Below, in pieces: positions 45,950 through 51,908 of a stretch of 51,908 bases of DNA. The stretch is from Klebsiella phage P-K7R: the sequence record OM317910.1; one strand, given 5' to 3'. The position numbers and the translations under genes were made by a program. The notes below the pieces were generated by a model. It saw only the letters and a program-made list of their open reading frames with translations, was not told the origin of the DNA and searched no databases. How positions within the stretch are numbered: the stretch's first letter is position 1; each line of letters starts with the position of its first letter.

Positions 45950-47530
45950 TTAACCCCCCAGCAAAGCCGGATTCACAAACACGCGGCCATTTGCGTTACA
46001 AACATAATTCAGTTCTTCGAGCCGAGGCAACAAGCTTTCCTCTAACCGCTTCATTACGCCAGCCTGGCCGACGAACGGGCGAACCTTGCGAATTGCCTCG
46101 TAGATTGCGCGTGACGTTAACACGCCCTTGTTTGCTTTGCCCAGGCGAACAACCATATCAACAACCTTGTTTAGTTCTGCATCTTCGCCAGCATGCCCGG
46201 AAGCGTTGGCGGCGCTGATGTATGTTTTGCTCAACTCATGGAACATAATCAAAGCCTCTTGCATGGTTTCCGCCTCAATCTCACGCGATTTTTGCGGGTT
46301 CCCGTTCTCGTTAAACCAGTTGCGGATAACATGCAGAACCGATGCAATGCGGATCACCTGCTTATCCATCTTACCCAATGCGCCGCGCAGCATTGTATGG
46401 GAATACTTTCCGCCGTCTGCGAGATGAGGCTCCATTTCCTGGCGGGCGATGTTCAGGCAACGCATTGCTGATTTGCTGATCGTGAGCTTAACGCCCTCCT
46501 CGGTCATGATGTTATGCACCAGCTTGTAATAATTCGCTTTCAAACCCTGATCCACTGGCTCAAATGTTGAATCCCCGTTGTCGTCGATAAAGCTACGGCG
46601 GCCCAGGAAAGATTCCTCGCGAACCAACAAGAAACGCTCACTAACACCGATACCGCGTGCGCCAGCCTCCATAATGCCGTTAATCGTTTCGTCCTGTGCA
46701 ATTACCGCCATGCATCCAAGCGCCGTAAAGCTCATGTTGTTTTCTGCGTTGGCACGCGCGATTGATACGTGGCCCGCGTCCCATGCTTTTAACACCAATT
46801 CGCTGTTTGTTTTGCGCTCACTGCTTGCATACGTCAAGCCCAAAAGGCTGTTAATACTGGTTGCCTCATCGGAAATAACCGCAAAGTTCCCTTGCTTGTT
46901 GTTAATCTTTGCCAGGCCTTCTGGCGTGGTATCGGAAACCGGGAAAACTACATCACAGAATTTTGCGATCTTCTCTTCTAACTCCTCCTTTTCCTCGTAC
47001 AAGGAAGCCATATCCGATCCGCTGCGCTCCTGCTTCATCTCCTTCTCCAAGCCCTTGAGCTTTGCGATCAGCTTTTTGCGCTCTTTGCTGCGTTGCTCGT
47101 TAATGCGCTCAACTTCACAAACCATCGGGGCGATAGCCATAGAGTTAATCGCGGATTTACCAGTTGAGGGCGGTTGGCTCGTCACAACATAAAGCGCGGT
47201 TGGCTGATCGGTTCCATGATATTCAACCGTAAAGCGTCCGAGCATCGCGGCGGACACGCAGCCGATAAAATGCATGTAAGCGGATGATTCCGGGAATTGA
47301 ACGGAACGCGCCAGGCTGCGAGATAGTTTGCCTACAACATCAACATCATTACCCAAGGAAATTACCGGGTATTTATCATTCCCTTTGTTGATATCTTGAA
47401 CATCACCCCAAAAGCTTTGCGCACGGTTGTAGCCATTCGCAATAATCGCAACGCGAACCGGGGAAACCCCTTGAGCCTGTGCGGTTTCGATTACTTGTTG
47501 AGGGGAAAGTGTAGAAGTATCAAAAAACAT
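45950..47530 (-). CDS. DUF3987-type primase/helicase-like ATPase
   Basis: TSQPPSTGKSAINS Walker A; VISDEA; length and family character. Confidence 0.82.
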   Translation of the reverse strand: MFFDTSTLSPQQVIETAQAQGVSPVRVAIIANGYNRAQSFWGDVQDINKGNDKYPVISLGNDVDVVGKLSRSLARSVQFPESSAYMHFIGCVSAAMLGRFTVEYHGTDQPTALYVVTSQPPSTGKSAINSMAIAPMVCEVERINEQRSKERKKLIAKLKGLEKEMKQERSGSDMASLYEEKEELEEKIAKFCDVVFPVSDTTPEGLAKINNKQGNFAVISDEATSINSLLGLTYASSERKTNSELVLKAWDAGHVSIARANAENNMSFTALGCMAVIAQDETINGIMEAGARGIGVSERFLLVREESFLGRRSFIDDNGDSTFEPVDQGLKANYYKLVHNIMTEEGVKLTISKSAMRCLNIARQEMEPHLADGGKYSHTMLRGALGKMDKQVIRIASVLHVIRNWFNENGNPQKSREIEAETMQEALIMFHELSKTYISAANASGHAGEDAELNKVVDMVVRLGKANKGVLTSRAIYEAIRKVRPFVGQAGVMKRLEESLLPRLEELNYVCNANGRVFVNPALLGG

Positions 47531-47558
47531 TTCAAAATCTCCTTAGTTGTTGCCCTGT

Positions 47559-47601
47559 ATTATAGGGCAACCATCTTACAGCGTTTTAGCAAATTGTGCT
47601 A
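47559..47601 (-). promoter_or_regulatory. Palindrome (minus) TAGCACAATTTGCTA 47601..47587 + N22 + TATAAT
   Basis: Direct reading; GTTGCCC/GGGCAAC arms around -10. Confidence 0.87.
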
Positions 47602-47847
47602 TTTGATCCGCTCAATGCGAGCCATTAATTTACCATTCAGCGAGCTAACGCATTCGGCGGTGACTTCATCGACGTAGACAAAAGGCAGTGACGCGCGGTA
47701 GTTATGCCCTATTTGCCACTTCCCGCCTACAACCTTAATCGGCTTGACGATATCGCCAACTTTCATGCAGGAGGTTTCACCCGCGATCACTTTGTAGCGC
47801 CATTCCTTTTGCACGTCGCCAACGCCTAAGTATTTCTTTTCACTCAT
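47599..47847 (-). CDS. Hypothetical protein
   Basis: ORF; stop overlaps palindrome. Confidence 0.65.
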   Translation of the reverse strand: MSEKKYLGVGDVQKEWRYKVIAGETSCMKVGDIVKPIKVVGGKWQIGHNYRASLPFVYVDEVTAECVSSLNGKLMARIERIK

Positions 47848-48209
47848 GAATATTTCGCCTCGAACAGATAAATACCAGCGGCAGAAAATCCGATCTCCTC
47901 GCGGTAGAGCGTCCAGCGATCGCCGTCCTCGTCAAACACATAACCAGCAACCCCGCCCAAAACGCGCCCTTGCTCGATCTGGTAGCGCTTGCCAGCCTTA
48001 AATGATTTCTTAACTTGGCTGGAATGGTCTACCCAGGTGCATTTGATGGTTTTGGTCTTGATCTCGCGAAAATCTTTAATGCTCGCCTCTTGCCACTTGC
48101 TACCCTTTGTTAGCTCGCGAACTTCGAACGCTCCGCACGCCTCGAAAGCGATCTCATCTTTAATGCGGCCTTTCATCAATTTGTTGTCAGCGTTGCGAAT
48201 AACTTTCAT
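47844..48209 (-). CDS. Hypothetical protein
   Basis: ORF. Confidence 0.65.
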   Translation of the reverse strand: MKVIRNADNKLMKGRIKDEIAFEACGAFEVRELTKGSKWQEASIKDFREIKTKTIKCTWVDHSSQVKKSFKAGKRYQIEQGRVLGGVAGYVFDEDGDRWTLYREEIGFSAAGIYLFEAKYS

Positions 48210-48240
48210 CGTTTAATCTCCTCTTGTTTGGTGTGAGTGC

Positions 48241-48283
48241 ATTATGCCCCAACGAGCGCCGGGGCTTTTAGCAATTTGTGCTA
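48241..48283 (-). promoter_or_regulatory. Palindrome (minus) TAGCACAAATTGCTA 48283..48269 + N22 + CATAAT
   Basis: Direct reading. Confidence 0.83.
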
Positions 48284-48368
48284 TTTACAGAAAGGGCATG
48301 AGCTTTTATCTCCACTTCCTCCGTGGCGAGGGCAGCAAATTTTTTCGATTGGTGTCATGTTGTTTTCC

Positions 48369-49064
48369 TTATTTTGAGTTAGCCAGCACCACAGCTTTAG
48401 CAAAGCCGCGTGGCGTGAGGGAGCGGATCATTTTTGTTCGTGACGACTTCCCGCCAAGCTTGGCCCATCCAGGATTGCTATCGCCTTCTGGCAAAACCTG
48501 TTTTGGTTCTGGCATCACAAAGCCGTTACCAGTCCAAAGGCATGTTTTTTTGCTGTACGCATCGCGAGGAGGGATGATATCCGGGAAAACCGGATGTTTA
48601 TCATCTTCCGGGAGGTATCCGCCATATGCGCACGGATGGAATACGTGATCCGGCTTGCGCCATAGCGAGGAAAGCACGCTAACCGGGTTTTCTATCATGT
48701 AAGGCACGCCGAAGTAATCAGCGATATTAGCCGCGATTTTGCAGGTATTAGCCGCTTTAAGCTGGAACATTGGATCTTTTTCCGCTTTCGCTTTGAAGTG
48801 GCGAGCGCCGCTAACAGCTAAATCTGTGCATGGCGGGAAGGCCATAATAAAATCTGGACGGCCCCACGTCTCACGATATGCATCATATTGGAAATAGCCA
48901 TCAATCCAGGCGTTAACGTAGGTGATGTTTTCATGCGTTACGCGCACTGACTGGTAATCCCCATGATCCCCCTCATCGGCGTTAAAACAGATCACTTTGT
49001 GGCCCGCTTCCGCCCAGGGAAGCGCAGCAAAACCGGAACCATCGAACATAGAGAAAATCAGCAT
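48369..49064 (-). CDS. Divergent C5-cytosine methyltransferase-like protein
   Basis: N-terminal FSMFDGSGFAALPWAEAGH, AFPPCTDLAVSG, IENPVSVL. Confidence 0.7.
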   Translation of the reverse strand: MLIFSMFDGSGFAALPWAEAGHKVICFNADEGDHGDYQSVRVTHENITYVNAWIDGYFQYDAYRETWGRPDFIMAFPPCTDLAVSGARHFKAKAEKDPMFQLKAANTCKIAANIADYFGVPYMIENPVSVLSSLWRKPDHVFHPCAYGGYLPEDDKHPVFPDIIPPRDAYSKKTCLWTGNGFVMPEPKQVLPEGDSNPGWAKLGGKSSRTKMIRSLTPRGFAKAVVLANSK

Positions 49065-49073
49065 GTTATCACC

Positions 49074-49304
49074 TCAAAACGGGAAGCAGCGGGAGCAAGA
49101 CGGGTCGAAATTGCAGCCGCAATCATTAACAATCATTGTTGGATCTGCAAAGAAAGCGCCGGATTCCATATCCATATCCATATCACCCAATGCCTCATCC
49201 AGTGTTAGGAATTTATAGGCGACTTCAAGCGCCGCCTCTTTATTTAAGCCAGCGGCCTCCGCATCGTGAAGCCGCTTAAAAAATGCATCTTGAATCATAA
49301 TAGA
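49074..49304 (-). CDS. Hypothetical protein with C-terminal Cys motif
   Basis: ORF 49074..49313. Confidence 0.6.
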   Translation of the reverse strand, partial: SIMIQDAFFKRLHDAEAAGLNKEAALEVAYKFLTLDEALGDMDMDMESGAFFADPTMIVNDCGCNFDPSCSRCFPF

Positions 49305-49417
49305 GTTCTCCAAATATCATCAAACAGCAGGAATGCCATTCCACCTATAAGCAAGCAATCGAGGAAAATAAAGACTGCAATCAGTATTTTGATTAGTTTT
49401 TCTACGCTTTCCATCAT
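49295..49417 (-). CDS. Small membrane protein MMESVEKLIKILIAVFIFLDCLLIGGMAFLLFDDIWRTLL
   Basis: Manual translation, GGAGGG RBS. Confidence 0.6.
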   Translation of the reverse strand: MMESVEKLIKILIAVFIFLDCLLIGGMAFLLFDDIWRTLL

Positions 49418-49469
49418 TTTACCCTCCTGCCCTTGGAGCGGGACATTAGCCCCGCCACCAATCAGGGCA

Positions 49470-49691
49470 TTACCGCCAGTTGATTATATAGATTGAATTA
49501 GCTATTAGCATGGCTTTCAGATCTGCCGAGTTTGCCCGCGTGAGCTTATCGCCCGGAATCGTGCCAACAACATAACCATCACCACGCTTTGTAATGGTCA
49601 CTACGGAGAAGCCGGAAGCCCGATCCATTTTCACGGTGACTTTTCCGTTTTTGTTCAGGTGAGCCAGAATCAGAGCGGTTTTTGCTTTCAT
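49470..49691 (-). CDS. Hypothetical protein
   Basis: ORF. Confidence 0.65.
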   Translation of the reverse strand: MKAKTALILAHLNKNGKVTVKMDRASGFSVVTITKRGDGYVVGTIPGDKLTRANSADLKAMLIANSIYIINWR

Positions 49692-49723
49692 TTCATTTTT
49701 CCTTGTTTGTTGAAGTTGGGCCT

Positions 49724-49766
49724 ATTATATCGGCTGGCCCTCTCGCCGTTTTAGCAATTCGTGCTA
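49724..49766 (-). promoter_or_regulatory. Palindrome (minus) TAGCACGAATTGCTA 49766..49752 + N22 + TATAAT
   Basis: Direct reading. Confidence 0.85.
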
Positions 49767-49949
49767 TTTATCCTCATGCGGGTATATTTCGACCCGTATC
49801 CCGATGAAGGGATAGTGTGCCAGATCGCACGGCTTATAAAGTTGCGTCGTAAACCAGCGCTCTTTCTCCTCATGCCAGCGGAAAACCTTTCCGCGCATAA
49901 CCTGGTAAATAACGCCGTTCTCTGTGTTTTTGTAAATTACTTTATCCAT
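49764..49949 (-). CDS. Hypothetical protein MDKVIYKNTENGVIYQVMRGKVFRW...
   Basis: In-frame ATG in ORF 49764..50114. Confidence 0.6.
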   Translation of the reverse strand: MDKVIYKNTENGVIYQVMRGKVFRWHEEKERWFTTQLYKPCDLAHYPFIGIRVEIYPHEDK

Positions 49950-50368
49950 TCGCCACCTACAATAAAGTTTGTGAAATGATCCTGATTGATAACCACCGAG
50001 CCGCCAATAATGCCTGGATTTGTCGCGCCGGGGTAAGCCTCCTCGTAATCCTCTTTGCGATCGATAATCCATGCCATGAATCGAGCCATGCGTGCAGAGG
50101 TTGTGCCTTGCCATGCATCTTTACCCATATGCTCAACGAAAGCCAGGAAGCGAACGTTATGATTTGGGCTTTCTGCCTTGGCAATCTTAACCAGGCGGGT
50201 AAAGTTCTCTTTGTTAACCTCAATCGCCACCATATCGCCATTGAAAATCATGGCCTCAAAGGTCGGGATATCCATGTTAGAGGTGTGGACGATTTCGCCG
50301 TTGCTAACCTTAACTTTGCCTTCGCTGATCCAGTAAGTGTGACCGTTGTAAGTGTTGGTGTATTTCAT
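49937..50368 (-). CDS. Hypothetical protein MKYTNTYNGHTYWISEGKVKV...
   Basis: In-frame ATG in ORF 49937..50419, after TGAGGATTG leader. Confidence 0.65.
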   Translation of the reverse strand: MKYTNTYNGHTYWISEGKVKVSNGEIVHTSNMDIPTFEAMIFNGDMVAIEVNKENFTRLVKIAKAESPNHNVRFLAFVEHMGKDAWQGTTSARMARFMAWIIDRKEDYEEAYPGATNPGIIGGSVVINQDHFTNFIVGGEWIK

Positions 50369-50399
50369 TTTGCAATCCTCATTTCGTTTCGATGGGGAT

Positions 50400-50442
50400 A
50401 ATATACCAGGTTTCCCCATCGCTGTTTTAGCAAAAAGTGCTA
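50400..50442 (-). promoter_or_regulatory. Palindrome (minus) TAGCACTTTTTGCTA 50442..50428 + N22 + TATATT
   Basis: Direct reading; CGATGGGG/CCCCATCG arms around -10. Confidence 0.87.
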
Positions 50443-50916
50443 CTTTCCGTGATTGTTGTGGAAGTCAAATTTTATCTCTGCCTCTTTTCTCGCGCAAACA
50501 GCATCATCTATATTATTGAAATACCCTAAGTGCTTATGCTTTCCGTCAATCGTTATGTAAGCAAGCCATTTGCAACGCCTATTATCCCAACAAACACCAG
50601 TGAAGCCGCTAGAGTTAGTTGTTTTCTTCTTGATATTTCTTCCGTTTTGTTTATGGCTAACAAGTCTATGATTGCTGTCTGCATTATTCGTTCGATTATG
50701 GTCTATGTGATCTACTTGCATTCCTGGCGGTATTTCACCGTGACGCATTTCATATATTATGCGATGAGCTAGATGTGCTTTGTTTCCTATAGATACGTAA
50801 ATATATCCATTTCCGTATAAACCACCAGATGCGCGCCCAGCAATAGCGCCGCCACCACGATCCACTTTGTTGTATAGAACATCATTCTCTATGTAAAATA
50901 AATCATGCCATTTCAT
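50440..50916 (-). CDS. HNH endonuclease with AP2-type DNA-binding domain, likely free-standing homing endonuclease
   Basis: VDHIDHNRTNNADSNHRLVSHKQNGRN and GFTGVCWDNRRCKWLAYITIDGKHKHLGYFNNIDDAVCAR. Confidence 0.93.
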   Translation of the reverse strand: MKWHDLFYIENDVLYNKVDRGGGAIAGRASGGLYGNGYIYVSIGNKAHLAHRIIYEMRHGEIPPGMQVDHIDHNRTNNADSNHRLVSHKQNGRNIKKKTTNSSGFTGVCWDNRRCKWLAYITIDGKHKHLGYFNNIDDAVCARKEAEIKFDFHNNHGK

Positions 50917-50930
50917 TTTTCACCTCTAAA

Positions 50931-51236
50931 TCATAAGCCTGGCAATTGCAAGTTACCTGCCGCCTTCTCCGCTTTGACAATTTCATGCAGCACTCCTAAC
51001 GTCTCATGTAGTTGGCGATATTTCGTGATTGTGAACGGTAATTTATTGAACGCCTCGCGGCTTAACAGCTTGTGACGCCCTCGGATGAACTTCCCGCCGT
51101 AGCCGTCATAGTTGCACAGCATGCGATCGTATTCCGTGTCGTAAATGTTCAGAACGCATTTATCGCCGTGCTTTGTGACATACAGTTTTAACCCAAGCTC
51201 GTTAGCCCGCTGGCGGATATCTTTCCCGATGTACAT
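50931..51236 (-). CDS. Hypothetical protein MYIGKDIRQRANELGLKLYV...
   Basis: In-frame ATG after AGGAG in ORF 50931..51365. Confidence 0.65.
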   Translation of the reverse strand: MYIGKDIRQRANELGLKLYVTKHGDKCVLNIYDTEYDRMLCNYDGYGGKFIRGRHKLLSREAFNKLPFTITKYRQLHETLGVLHEIVKAEKAAGNLQLPGL

Positions 51237-51267
51237 TGCGATCTCCTTTGTTGTTTTGTTGGATTGC

Positions 51268-51310
51268 ATTATTGCAGGTTTCAGGATTGGAGTTTTAGCA
51301 AAAAGTGCTA
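51268..51310 (-). promoter_or_regulatory. Palindrome (minus) TAGCACTTTTTGCTA 51310..51296 + N22 + AATAAT
   Basis: Direct reading. Confidence 0.8.
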
Positions 51311-51361
51311 TCAGTCTTCCTGAATGGTAATAAAAAACCGGGCACAAGGCCCGGTATATGA

Positions 51362-51592
51362 TCAAGGAATCATTTGCTCGTCAAGCGTGGTTGGAGCGTC
51401 AACCCCAAACACGGTGCAAAGATTTTCTTTGGTAGGCTCATGGTAAACGGTGATTCGCAGATCTTGCGAAATCATATTGCCGTTCAGGCGATGGCTAACG
51501 TCAAAATCGCCCACTTGCGCGGTAGAATCCGTTTCCAGTTCGTCAGCCAGTCGGCGCAGTTGCTCGATCACGATAGACACTTGATTAATCAT
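51362..51592 (-). CDS. Hypothetical protein MINQVSIVIEQLRRLADELE...
   Basis: In-frame ATG in ORF 51362..51679 after AGGAG. Confidence 0.65.
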   Translation of the reverse strand: MINQVSIVIEQLRRLADELETDSTAQVGDFDVSHRLNGNMISQDLRITVYHEPTKENLCTVFGVDAPTTLDEQMIP

Positions 51593-51626
51593 AATTATTG
51601 CTCCTTTTGTTAAAAATGCTTGTTGA

Positions 51627-51908
51627 TTATAACACTTCCGCCGCGATGAAAGCCAGAACCTGACGCAGATGTTTTTCATCTTTAATCGTGGCTGGCAATT
51701 CTTCCTTCACGTCCTGGCTCAGGCTCAGAGTGTCGAAGTAAGTAAATGAGCCGTCCGCATTCATGATGTAGCTCAAGTCTGGCTCGCAAGCGTCCTCATC
51801 AAAGAAGAACCACAGGCGATCTTGCTCCATCACCTCATCACCCTCGCAGACGTCCAGGAAGATTCCGCGCTTCTGTGCAAAGTTGATGGTTGTTTTGCTA
51901 AGGCTCAT
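51627..51908 (-). CDS. Hypothetical acidic protein starting at or beyond the window edge
   Basis: ORF reaches last base. Confidence 0.55.
   Translation of the reverse strand: MSLSKTTINFAQKRGIFLDVCEGDEVMEQDRLWFFFDEDACEPDLSYIMNADGSFTYFDTLSLSQDVKEELPATIKDEKHLRQVLAFIAAEVL

Noticed and set aside
46578-47192. Plus-strand ORF of 204 aa opposite the DUF3987 gene
   Set aside because: Overlaps a well-supported minus-strand CDS and its sequence is low complexity/leucine-serine rich.
1297-51310. CRISPR-like array interpretation of the recurrent palindromes
   Set aside because: Copies are dispersed with irregular spacing, follow gene orientation and are coupled to -10 sequences; no spacer array or Cas genes.
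1-51908. Temperate lifestyle
   Set aside because: No recognisable integrase, excisionase or partition genes in the window; the HTH protein alone is not sufficient evidence. It cannot be excluded from sequence reading only.

Overview
The window looks like the genome, or nearly all of it, of a tailed siphovirus infecting an enterobacterium. It has four main parts. (1) A left block of about 20 very small plus-strand ORFs (0.5-7.4 kb), including a HAD phosphatase-like and a dNMP-kinase-like protein. (2) A packaging, head and lambda-like tail module (7.5-28.2 kb): TerS, TerL, DUF1073-type portal, Mu F-like protein, DUF2213, two paralogous cement proteins, DUF2184-like capsid, neck proteins, tail tube, frameshifted tail chaperone, tape measure, and M/L/K/I/J-like proteins. 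(3) A recombination, replication, modification and lysis region (28.6-45.4 kb): RecE-like exonuclease, ERF, SSB, minus-strand S74 tail fibre, primase, HTH protein, DEAD helicase, VRR-NUC, Dam-like methylase, HTH-metallophosphatase, SAR endolysin and a likely unimolecular spanin. (4) A minus-strand block (45.4-51.9 kb): DUF3987 protein, C5-MTase-like protein, HNH/AP2 endonuclease and small ORFs. The most interesting signal is a genome-wide family of 15-bp palindromes, TAGCA-N5-TGCTA (mostly TAGCACGAATTGCTA). At least 17 copies sit on both strands. Fifteen have a -10-like hexamer exactly 22 nt downstream, one has it at 21 nt, and none of those checked has a consensus -35. This centres the palindrome at about -42, the class II activator position. 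A second inverted repeat with changing sequence but preserved complementarity often straddles the -10. The arrangement suggests a phage-encoded regulon, and a small HTH protein (38003..38452, minus) with a copy directly upstream of its own RBS is a candidate regulator. There is also a clear -1 frameshift signal (A_AAA_AAC plus a 9-bp hairpin) in the tail chaperone.
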